Assembly (NCBI GenBank): GCA_030689665.1
Contig: JAUYFS010000033.1
Coordinates: 1-36,655, forward strand
From: a bacterium
GTDB taxonomy: Bacteria; Patescibacteriota; Minisyncoccia; Minisyncoccales; JAUYFS01
DNA: 36,655 bases
Reading direction: 5' to 3'
Each line of letters starts with the position of its first letter. The stretch's first letter is position 1. A program made the position numbers and the translations under genes. The notes under the pieces were generated by a model that saw only the letters and a list, made by a program, of their open reading frames with translations, was not told the DNA's origin and ran no database searches. Shown here piece by piece: positions 25,175 to 32,743 of this stretch.

Positions 25175-25743
25175 TTAATCTTATTCCCGAAGAAGAAAAA
25201 ATAATATTGGAAGAAGAAAGGGGGTCAAAAATAAAAAACCTGTTCCTGATTTTTATTTTTTTCTGCTTATTGTCAATTTTTCTTTGTTCTTTGACATTTT
25301 ATTTCTATTATCTTGGGGAAAAAGAAGGAAAGGAAATTGAATTGAAAACGCTCCAACAAGAAATTGGATATCTGGAAAAATCTTCCTTGACTAAGGAAAG
25401 AACAAGGGTTGAAAAAGAAATTGATATTTTTGAGAAAAACTTAAAAAACAAAAAAGCTTTTTATTCTGATATATTAAAACCTATTTCCTTGTTAATTCCG
25501 CAAAATATTTATTTTAAGGAATTAACGATTTCTTTGCCTAAAACCTATTCTAAAAAAGAGACCACAAGCAGAAAAGAAGGTTTATCAGCGAGAATTAACG
25601 GTTATGCCGCGAACAGGACAGTTCTTTTGGAGTTGAAAGAAAATTTGTCAAAGGCGCCCTGGATTAATAATTTTTATTTTCCGCCGTCAAATTGGATTAA
25701 TGACAGAGATATAGATTTTTATTTAACTTTTGATATTCCATGA
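25171..25743 (+). CDS. pilN: PilN-like protein
   Basis: MINLIP N-terminal motif, TM, coiled coil; follows pilM. Confidence 0.82.
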   Translation: MINLIPEEEKIILEEERGSKIKNLFLIFIFFCLLSIFLCSLTFYFYYLGEKEGKEIELKTLQQEIGYLEKSSLTKERTRVEKEIDIFEKNLKNKKAFYSDILKPISLLIPQNIYFKELTISLPKTYSKKETTSRKEGLSARINGYAANRTVLLELKENLSKAPWINNFYFPPSNWINDRDIDFYLTFDIP

Positions 25744-26294
25744 AAAAAACTGCCTTAATTTTTTATTTCTTGCTGGTTATAAATTTTATTTTTTTGGTTG
25801 TTTTATTCTTTAGTTTTAAAAATTGCAGCCAAATTTTTGAAGATTATCTTAGTATTGCCGCTGAAAAAAGAGAGTTGGAGACAATTCGCGGCAATTATCT
25901 TGAGGATTTGGAATTTATCAGACAAAACAAAACAAAAATAGAAGCTTTTGACAATTCTTTTGTTAATTCTCAAAACCCCTTGCTTTTCATTTCTTATTTG
26001 GAAAAAGAGGTTTCCAAAAGAGGCCTAATTTTTGGTTTTGCGGATATCAGCAATGAAGACAAAGAAAACAGCAACCAAGCCCTTAATTTCAAGCTGAAAA
26101 TTTGCGGGCCATTTCCCAAAGTATCCAATTTTTTGGGCGGGCTGGAAGAGTCGCCGTATATTTTAAGAGTAAAAAATTTAAGTATTTTTAGGGTTGAAAA
26201 AGAAACCCAAAACGAAAAAGACAAATGCAGTTCTTTAAAAATCGGGGAAGTTAATGCTACTCTGGAAGTGGAAACGCCAATTAAGATTTTTTAA
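25740..26294 (+). CDS. pilO: PilO-like protein
   Basis: TM, coiled coil, G.F..V..FL..LE..PY motif; follows pilN. Confidence 0.75.
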   Translation: MKKTALIFYFLLVINFIFLVVLFFSFKNCSQIFEDYLSIAAEKRELETIRGNYLEDLEFIRQNKTKIEAFDNSFVNSQNPLLFISYLEKEVSKRGLIFGFADISNEDKENSNQALNFKLKICGPFPKVSNFLGGLEESPYILRVKNLSIFRVEKETQNEKDKCSSLKIGEVNATLEVETPIKIF

Positions 26295-26295
26295 A

Positions 26296-26559
26296 ATGTT
26301 TACTGATTTTTATAAAAAAATTTACGAGATTATTTACGAAAAATTTGTTTTAGCGTTTTTTCTTTTGGTTGTTTTGGTTGCTTTGATTCTTTTTGCCGCA
26401 GCAAATATTTTTTTACTTGAAAAAGAAATAGATGTTGAGAAAACAACGGAAAAATCTTTTCAAGAAAGATTTCTGAATGCTTACAGCTTTGTTGAAAAAA
26501 ATAAAAAAGGAGCAGATTTTTCCGATTCCTTGATTGATTTTTTTAATCTAAGGCGCTAA
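26296..26559 (+). CDS. Small single-TM protein at the end of the pilus operon
   Basis: ATG 26296 directly after the pilO stop; one hydrophobic segment. Confidence 0.7.
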   Translation: MFTDFYKKIYEIIYEKFVLAFFLLVVLVALILFAAANIFLLEKEIDVEKTTEKSFQERFLNAYSFVEKNKKGADFSDSLIDFFNLRR

Positions 26560-26560
26560 T

Positions 26561-26589
26561 TTGACACAAAGGAAAATAAAAGCTAATAT
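26561..26589 (+). promoter_or_regulatory. Putative ndk promoter
   Basis: TTGACA-N17-TAATAT. Confidence 0.55.
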
Positions 26590-26602
26590 TTAAAAAAATT
26601 GA

Positions 26603-26645
26603 TTCACCCTCCAAAATTTTTCTACGAAAAACTTAGGAGGGTAAA
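26603..26645. repeat. Family A element, short form (A5)
   Basis: ACCCTCCAAAATTTTTC-TAC-GAAAAACTTAGGAGGGT (26606-26642). Confidence 0.9.
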
Positions 26646-26650
26646 AAATT

Positions 26651-27238
26651 ATGGCTGAAAAACAAGAAAGAACGGTTGTTCTGGTAAAACCAGACGGAGT
26701 AAAGCGCGGCTTAGTCGGGGAAATTATTTCACGAATTGAAAAACGCGGTTTAAAATTAATTGCCTTACAAATGGTTTGGGCGACAAAAGACCAAATAGAT
26801 GGTAATTATCCAAAAGATGAGGCCTGGTTGAAAAAAATTGGCGAAAAAACCGGAAAAAATTATCAAACCTATGGTTTGGACGTAAAAGCCGAATTGGGAA
26901 CCGATGACCCGATGGAAATCGGGAAAATGGTCAGACAATGGCTGATTGATTATATGACTTCTGGTCCAATGGTAAAAATGGTTGTCAGCGGAATTCACGC
27001 TGTTGATATGGTCAGGAAAATTACTGGAAGTACAATGCCCTCAGAGGCGGAAATGGGAACTATTAGAGGCGATTTTTCAGTTGATGACGCCACAGCTGCC
27101 AACAGAGGAAAAAGAGCAATCCATAACTTGGTCCATGCCTCGGGAACAATTAAAGAAGCGGAAAGTGAAATGCTCGTTTGGTTTGCGCCAGAGGAAATTC
27201 ATGACTACAAAAGGGCAGAAGAAGACATAATGTTTTAA
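26651..27238 (+). CDS. ndk: Nucleoside diphosphate kinase (long form with internal insertion)
   Basis: ERTVVLVKPDGVKRGLVGEII, TSGP, GTIRGDF, NLVHASG. Confidence 0.95.
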   Translation: MAEKQERTVVLVKPDGVKRGLVGEIISRIEKRGLKLIALQMVWATKDQIDGNYPKDEAWLKKIGEKTGKNYQTYGLDVKAELGTDDPMEIGKMVRQWLIDYMTSGPMVKMVVSGIHAVDMVRKITGSTMPSEAEMGTIRGDFSVDDATAANRGKRAIHNLVHASGTIKEAESEMLVWFAPEEIHDYKRAEEDIMF

Positions 27239-27243
27239 AAAAT

Positions 27244-27390
27244 ATGTGGAAATTATTCGTGGCAATTTCAATACTACCAATCGCAATATCCATTGCTTAT
27301 TTTATTATCCACAAAGACAATATAATGGCAGTTGTTTTTATTCTTTTGGTGCCGCTTTATTTTTATATTTTTTCTCTTTTAAAAGAGTAA
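27244..27390 (+). CDS. Small two-TM membrane protein (48 aa), not in the ORF track
   Basis: Hand translation MWKLFVAISILPIAISIAYFIIHKDNIMAVVFILLVPLYFYIFSLLKE*; starts 5 nt after the ndk stop. Confidence 0.65.
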   Translation: MWKLFVAISILPIAISIAYFIIHKDNIMAVVFILLVPLYFYIFSLLKE

Positions 27391-27404
27391 AAAACTATGG
27401 GCTT

Positions 27405-27444
27405 GCCCTCCCAAATTTTTCTGCGAAAAATTTGGGAGGATGAA
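27405..27444. repeat. Family A element, short form (A6)
   Basis: GCCCTCCCAAATTTTTC-TGC-GAAAAATTTGGGAGGAT (27405-27441). Confidence 0.88.
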
Positions 27445-27490
27445 CTGGCGAGCTTTTAATCAGATTTGTTATAGCAAACTTTAGTTTGAT

Positions 27491-27559
27491 ATCCCGATAC
27501 ACAAAGTGATCGGGATCCCGACCCCAAACATTTTGAAATTATTATGAAGGTGTCGGGAT
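27491..27559. repeat. Family D tandem palindrome pair
   Basis: TCCCGAT..ATCGGGA joined to TCCCGAC...GTCGGGA at a GGGATCCC junction. Confidence 0.8.
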
Positions 27560-27579
27560 AACCGCTAGGATATAATAAA

Positions 27580-27704
27580 GAAGCATTGTCATTAGAAAGC
27601 ATCTGGTACAATTTTATTAAGGGGATTCCTAATTTGCCTTAATTTAACATCAGGGCATGCGGATACCCTTCTTAATAATTCCAGACGCTTCCTGACAGGG
27701 CTTC
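27580..27704. ncRNA. Candidate rod-shaped structured RNA (~125 nt)
   Basis: Nested stems GAAGC/GCTTC, TGTCA/TGACA, AAGCaTCTGG/CCAGAcGCTT, TTATTAAG/CTTAATAA, TGCCTT/AGGGCA; TATAAT at 27571-27576. Confidence 0.5.
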
Positions 27705-27729
27705 AAAATTTCAAAATTATTTATTTTCT

Positions 27730-28845
27730 ATGGATGCTCTAGATTTTCACAAAAAATACCGAGGAAAGGTAAAAATAATGCCCAAAATGGATGTTTCGCA
27801 AAAAAACCTTCATATTGTTTATACTCCGGGCGTTGCGCAAGTCACAAAAAAAATAGCGGAAAATCCGCAGAATTCTTTTATTTATACTTCTCGCTGTAAT
27901 AATGCGGCGATAATAACAGATGGAACAAGGACAATCGGAGTTGGCAACACGATTCCCGAAGCGTCAATGCCGGTAATGGAAGGCAAGGCGATTTTATTTA
28001 AAATACTGGGAAATGTTGACGCTTATCCGCTTTGTTTAGGAACTAAATCAGCCAAAGAAATCGTCAGAACTGTGGAAATTTTAGAGCCAAGCTTCGGCGC
28101 TTTTAACATTGAAGACATTGAGTCGCCAAAATGTTTTGAAATAATGGAAGAATTGGAACAGAAAAAAATCCTGACTTTTCACGACGACCAGCAAGGAACG
28201 GCAATTGTCGTTTTGGCGGGAATTTTAAACGCTTTTAAAGCGATGAAAAAAGATTTGAAAAAATCAAAAATTTGTTTGGCAGGAGCTGGGGCTGCCGGCT
28301 ACGGGGTTTTTAAAATTTTGAAAGAAATTGGGATTAAAAACCTGGTGGTTTTTGATAATAATGGGTTGATATATAAAAACAGAGAAGGCGATAATAAATA
28401 TCAACGAGAAATTGGTGATTTTAGCAATAGAGAGAATAAAAGAGGCGGACTAAAAGAAGCTATAGAGGGCGCAGATTTATTTATTGGATTGACTGGCAAG
28501 GCAGGACTTTTAAAAACAGAACATATTTCGCTAATGAATAAAAATCCGATTATTTTCGCGCTTTCAAATCCTGTTCCGGAGATTTTTCCGGAAGAAATCA
28601 ATAAAACGACAAAAAATTATTTATACGCCACAGGCCGTTCTGATTTTCCCAACCAAATAAATAATGCCATAGCTTTCCCGGGAGTTTTCAGGGGAATTTT
28701 GGATAAAAGACGAAAAATAGATTTAAAATTAGAGGTTAAAATTGCCAAAGCAATTGCCAACTTAATAAAAAATCCGAGCAAAAAAAGAATTTTGCCCGAT
28801 GTTTTTGATAAAAGATTGCTTAAAACCATAGCCAATTGTTTCTAA
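27730..28845 (+). CDS. NAD(P)-dependent malic enzyme, short form
   Basis: YTPGVA, PVMEGKAILFK, EDI, HDDQQGTA, GAGAAG, ALSNPVPEI, ATGRSDFPNQINN. Confidence 0.93.
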   Translation: MDALDFHKKYRGKVKIMPKMDVSQKNLHIVYTPGVAQVTKKIAENPQNSFIYTSRCNNAAIITDGTRTIGVGNTIPEASMPVMEGKAILFKILGNVDAYPLCLGTKSAKEIVRTVEILEPSFGAFNIEDIESPKCFEIMEELEQKKILTFHDDQQGTAIVVLAGILNAFKAMKKDLKKSKICLAGAGAAGYGVFKILKEIGIKNLVVFDNNGLIYKNREGDNKYQREIGDFSNRENKRGGLKEAIEGADLFIGLTGKAGLLKTEHISLMNKNPIIFALSNPVPEIFPEEINKTTKNYLYATGRSDFPNQINNAIAFPGVFRGILDKRRKIDLKLEVKIAKAIANLIKNPSKKRILPDVFDKRLLKTIANCF

Positions 28846-28863
28846 AATTGATTCAGCCATATT

Positions 28864-29904
28864 ATGCTAAAAATCGGAATTGTCGGTTTGCCCAATGTCG
28901 GAAAATCAACTCTTTTTAAGGCGCTAACCAAAAAAAGCGTGGATATTGCTAATTATCCTTTTTGCACTATTGACCCTAATGTTGGAATTGTTGAAGTTTT
29001 GGACGAGCGCTTGGATAAATTGTCGGAAAAATTCAATTCAAAAAAGAAAATTCCGGCTGTGATTGAATTTGTTGATATTGCCGGTTTGGTAAAAGGCGCG
29101 AGCAAGGGACAGGGTTTGGGAAATAAATTTTTGTCCCATATAAGGGAAGTTGACGCGATTGTCCAGATTGCGCGGGTTTTTGAAGGAAAAGACATTATTC
29201 ATGTTGACGGCAATATTGACCCCTTGCGGGACATTGAAGTTATAAATACGGAATTGATTTTGGCTGATTTGGAAACAATTGAAAAATATTCTGAGAAATT
29301 GGGAAAAGAAATGAGACAGCAAAACAAAGAAGCGATGAGAGAAAAAGAGATTTTGGATAAAATTAAAAAACATCTTGACCAGGGGAAACTGGCAAATGAT
29401 TGCGAAATTTCTTTTGAAGACAAAAAATCAATAAAAAATTTAAACCTTTTAACCTTAAAGCCGTTTCTCTATGTTTATAATTTTTCCGGAGAAAATTTTA
29501 TTGTTCCTGAAGAATTGAAAAATAAAAAGTATATTCCGATTGACGTGAAAATTGAAGAAGACATTATGAATATGACAGCTGAAGAAGTTTCTGATTTTGG
29601 GATAAACTCCAATTTGAACAATTTGATAAAAGCGTCTTTTGAACTTCTTGATTTGATTGTTTTTTTTACAACCGGCGAAGATGAATCAAGGGCCTGGGAG
29701 ATAAAAAGGGGAACAACCGCGCAAAAAGCGGGCGGGGCAATCCACAGCGATTTTGAGAACAACTTTATAAGGGCAGAAATAATTCTTTGGGACAAGCTTT
29801 TGGAAATCGGTTCTTGGCCAAAAGCCAGAGAACTTGGTTTGATAAAATCAGAAGGCAAGGAGTACATTGTTAAAGATGGCGATGTTGTGAATTTTTTGAT
29901 TTAA
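28864..29904 (+). CDS. ychF: Ribosome-binding ATPase YchF
   Basis: GIVGLPNVGKST, ANYPFCTIDPN, DIAGLV, GLGNKFL, IHSDFE, DGDV. Confidence 0.96.
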   Translation: MLKIGIVGLPNVGKSTLFKALTKKSVDIANYPFCTIDPNVGIVEVLDERLDKLSEKFNSKKKIPAVIEFVDIAGLVKGASKGQGLGNKFLSHIREVDAIVQIARVFEGKDIIHVDGNIDPLRDIEVINTELILADLETIEKYSEKLGKEMRQQNKEAMREKEILDKIKKHLDQGKLANDCEISFEDKKSIKNLNLLTLKPFLYVYNFSGENFIVPEELKNKKYIPIDVKIEEDIMNMTAEEVSDFGINSNLNNLIKASFELLDLIVFFTTGEDESRAWEIKRGTTAQKAGGAIHSDFENNFIRAEIILWDKLLEIGSWPKARELGLIKSEGKEYIVKDGDVVNFLI

Positions 29905-29941
29905 AACCAAAACCCCGCATTTGCGGGGTTTTGGTTTTAAA
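29900..29941. terminator. Bidirectional terminator between convergent ychF and rpmB
   Basis: Perfect inverted repeat TTTAAAACCAAAACCCCGCA-TT-TGCGGGGTTTTGGTTTTAAA. Confidence 0.88.
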
Positions 29942-29952
29942 ATCCTCAAAAA

Positions 29953-30144
29953 TTACAAACCTTTTCTGGTCATAGTTTTTATGCACTTAGTACAGGCTTT
30001 CACTTTTCTTCCGTCAGCCATTTTAAAAAACTGAAGGTTTGGTTTTTGCCTTGCAGTAGCAGTCGGATTTATTTTACTTCTTGATTTTTTGTATCTTATG
30101 ACTTTTTGGGATTTTTTCCCGCAAATTTCGCAAACCCTTGCCAT
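29953..30144 (-). CDS. rpmB: 50S ribosomal protein L28 (Cys-containing form)
   Basis: MARVCEICGK, KPNLQ, CTKCIK. Confidence 0.9.
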   Translation of the reverse strand: MARVCEICGKKSQKVIRYKKSRSKINPTATARQKPNLQFFKMADGRKVKACTKCIKTMTRKGL

Positions 30145-30216
30145 ATTTTTATTTTATTTATTACGCCAAATTATCTATAATGAAATAACAATACCACAAA
30201 ATAATTTATAAATCAA

Positions 30217-30819
30217 ATGAATTTTTTAATCGCTATTTTAATTTTGCTTTTTTCGGTTGTTATCCATGAAGTTTCCCACGGCTTAATGGCGGATTATTTG
30301 GGCGACCCCACAGCTCGTTATGCCGGCCGCTTGACCTTGAATCCAATAAAACATTTAGACCCCTTGGGCTCTATTATTTTGCCCCTAATTCTTTTTTTAA
30401 CCAGCAGCCCGATTTTGGTTGGTTGGGCAAAGCCGGTTCCGATAAATCCCTACAATTTAAAAGACCAACGATTTGGCCCGGCAAAAGTGGCCTTAGCAGG
30501 CCCGCTGTCAAATATTTTCGTGGCGATTTTTTTCGCCTTGCTGGTTCGTTTTCTTGGCGCTTTTGTTTCTTCGCCATTGATAATGATTTTCGCTTTTATT
30601 GTCCAGGTTAATTTGATGCTGGCTATTTTCAATTTGATGCCAATTCCGCCATTAGACGGTTCGCACATTCTTTTCGGTTTGTTTCCGGCAATAGAAGAAA
30701 AAACAAGGATGATTTTTTCCCAATTTGGAATCATATTTTTAATTTTTTTCATTTTTTTCCTTTTTCCTTTGATATTTCCGATTGTTCAATTTTTATACGG
30801 TTTTTTAATAGGTTATTAA
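30217..30819 (+). CDS. Site-2 protease (M50 family)
   Basis: HEVSH, GRLTLNP, AGPLSN, FNLMPIPPLDG. Confidence 0.93.
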   Translation: MNFLIAILILLFSVVIHEVSHGLMADYLGDPTARYAGRLTLNPIKHLDPLGSIILPLILFLTSSPILVGWAKPVPINPYNLKDQRFGPAKVALAGPLSNIFVAIFFALLVRFLGAFVSSPLIMIFAFIVQVNLMLAIFNLMPIPPLDGSHILFGLFPAIEEKTRMIFSQFGIIFLIFFIFFLFPLIFPIVQFLYGFLIGY

Positions 30820-30825
30820 ATCAAT

Positions 30826-30854
30826 TTGATAAAAAACCCTAGATAGGTTAAATT
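30826..30854 (+). promoter_or_regulatory. Putative sigma70 promoter abutting element A7
   Basis: TTGATA-N17-TAAATT. Confidence 0.4.
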
Positions 30855-30972
30855 TACCCTCCCAAATTTTTGGCTAAAATAATTAGAATTGACAGCGATA
30901 ATTTAAATAAATGGGTGATATTAATATTTCAACAATCTATTATCAAACAAGCCAAAAATTTAGGAGGGTGAA
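30853..30972. repeat. Family A element, long form (A7)
   Basis: Core 30856-30969 (114 bp), near-identical to A4 in the same orientation. Confidence 0.93.
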
Positions 30973-31081
30973 CCGCTCCAAGTTTTTGACTTGGCTGGTT
31001 GGACGTAATAAAATAAATCAGTTAAATAAAAATTAATAATTCAGCAACTTTTTAAACAACCCAAAAACATGGGAAGGTAAA
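30972..31081. repeat. Family A variant, long form (A8), tandem with A7
   Basis: ACCGCTCCAAGTTTTTGACTTG ... CAACCCAAAAACATGGGAAGGT; core 30972-31078 (107 bp). Confidence 0.8.
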
Positions 31082-31087
31082 AATAAT

Positions 31088-32728
31088 ATGGATATAAGCA
31101 AAACTCTTAAAATTTTAGCGCTGGTTGTGATTATTGGCGGCAGTATTGCCGGCTATTGGTTTTATCAAAAAACGATTTATTCAAAAGAAGTTTTGAAAGT
31201 TGAAATTTTGGGACCGGAAAAAATCGCTGCCGGCGAAGAATTTGAATACACGATTAAATACAAAAACAATGGAAATTTTCGTTTGGAGAATTTGAATTTT
31301 AATTTTCAATTTCCCGACCAAGCAATTGTCTCTGAAGAAGAAAACCAAAATTCCTTAAGAGTGGTAAAAGACCTTGAAGACCTTTATCCGGGCGAAGAAA
31401 AATTTATCCGCTACAGAGCGCGAATTTTCGGCACCCAGGATTCAATCCACACAGCGTATGCGACCATTGGTTTTAATCCCAAGGATTTAAATGCAAATTA
31501 TCAGGTCAAAACAAGTTTATCAACTAAAATTGATTCAATGCCCATAACCTTTGATTTTGATTTGCCCTCAAAGGCAATGAATGAAAAACCGCTTAATTTT
31601 TCCATAAATTATTTTTCAAACATTGATTATCCTTTATCTGATTTGAGAATTAAATTGGAGTATCCGGCTGGATTCCAATTTTTAGAAGGCCAACCGCTAA
31701 GTATTGAAAATGATGAGTGGGCTGTTCCGATTTTAAACAAAGTAGAGGGCGGAAGAATCAGCATAAAAGGGCAAGTTTCCGGCAGCGCGGGAGACAGTAA
31801 ATTATTTAAGGCAAAACTCGGATTTTGGAAAAACGATAAATATATTCTTTTAAAAGAAACCTCAAAAGCGACATTTTTAACAGAAGCGTCTATTTATATT
31901 ACGCAATTTATCAACAATTCTCCGCAATATAATCCGCGAGACGGAGAATTGCTCCATTATGAGATATTTTTTAGAAATGTCGGAGGCGAGGCGCTGGAGG
32001 ATTTGTCAATGCTTGTTAAATTGGATGGAAATGTTTTTGATTTAGACACTTTAAAATCAGACACAGGAAAATATAATTCCGGCGATAATTTCATAATTTG
32101 GAGTAAAAGGGAATCAGAAAACCTGCAATTTTTGGATGTTAATCAGGAAGGCAAGGCGGAATTTTGGGTGGAATTAAAAGACGATTGGCCTTTGGCAAAC
32201 AACGCAGGATTTAACCAAATTATAAGAAGCAAAATCAGCGTTGGGCAGACAAATGAAGAATTCAGCAGCAAGGTGGTTTCTAAACTGGCAATTAGTTCTC
32301 AGGTTTTATCCAGCGATAACGCTTATTTTAACAACAGCGGACCTTATCCGCCTCAGGTTGGAGAATATTCTACCTTAACTGTTGTTTTAAATGTAAAAAA
32401 TTATTTTAATGCAATGAAAAATGTTAAACTTAGGGCTGTTTTGCCGAGGTATATTGATTTAACGGGCCAGATTTCTCCAAGCGATTCAAAATTGGTTTTT
32501 GACCAAAAAAGCAGAGAAATGATTTGGGACATTGGCGATATGGGAATCGGAAAAGGAGTTTTAACAAAGGGGCCGGAAATAGCTTTTCAGGTCAGAATTA
32601 AGCCGGATTTGGATATGCCGCTCATTTCTATTCTTGGAGGCTTAAGTGTTGATGGAGATGACCAGTTTACAGGTTCCCGCGTTGAAGAAAAATTAGGCGA
32701 TGTGGTTTTGGATACGCAAGCTGAATAA
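31088..32728 (+). CDS. Membrane-anchored protein with repeated Ig-like/DUF11-like beta domains
   Basis: N-terminal TM; recurring GE...Y.I.Y.N.G...L..L and P.G motifs about four times. Confidence 0.7.
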   Translation: MDISKTLKILALVVIIGGSIAGYWFYQKTIYSKEVLKVEILGPEKIAAGEEFEYTIKYKNNGNFRLENLNFNFQFPDQAIVSEEENQNSLRVVKDLEDLYPGEEKFIRYRARIFGTQDSIHTAYATIGFNPKDLNANYQVKTSLSTKIDSMPITFDFDLPSKAMNEKPLNFSINYFSNIDYPLSDLRIKLEYPAGFQFLEGQPLSIENDEWAVPILNKVEGGRISIKGQVSGSAGDSKLFKAKLGFWKNDKYILLKETSKATFLTEASIYITQFINNSPQYNPRDGELLHYEIFFRNVGGEALEDLSMLVKLDGNVFDLDTLKSDTGKYNSGDNFIIWSKRESENLQFLDVNQEGKAEFWVELKDDWPLANNAGFNQIIRSKISVGQTNEEFSSKVVSKLAISSQVLSSDNAYFNNSGPYPPQVGEYSTLTVVLNVKNYFNAMKNVKLRAVLPRYIDLTGQISPSDSKLVFDQKSREMIWDIGDMGIGKGVLTKGPEIAFQVRIKPDLDMPLISILGGLSVDGDDQFTGSRVEEKLGDVVLDTQAE

Positions 32729-32743
32729 ATTTAATTTTTAATT

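Noticed and set aside
20744-26296. Track start codons 20744, 21594, 23996 and 26254 (also 147 and 12372)
   Set aside because: They overlap upstream genes or promoters; downstream ATGs give proper prepilin leaders and tight operon spacing
27246-27443. 65-aa ORF from the track
   Set aside because: Its C-terminus is read from repeat A6, and the overlapping 27244-27390 frame gives a coherent two-TM protein
446-31081. Family A arms and spacers as a CRISPR array
   Set aside because: Copies are dispersed inverted pairs rather than regularly spaced direct repeats; spacers are ~70 bp or 3 bp; no cas genes in the window
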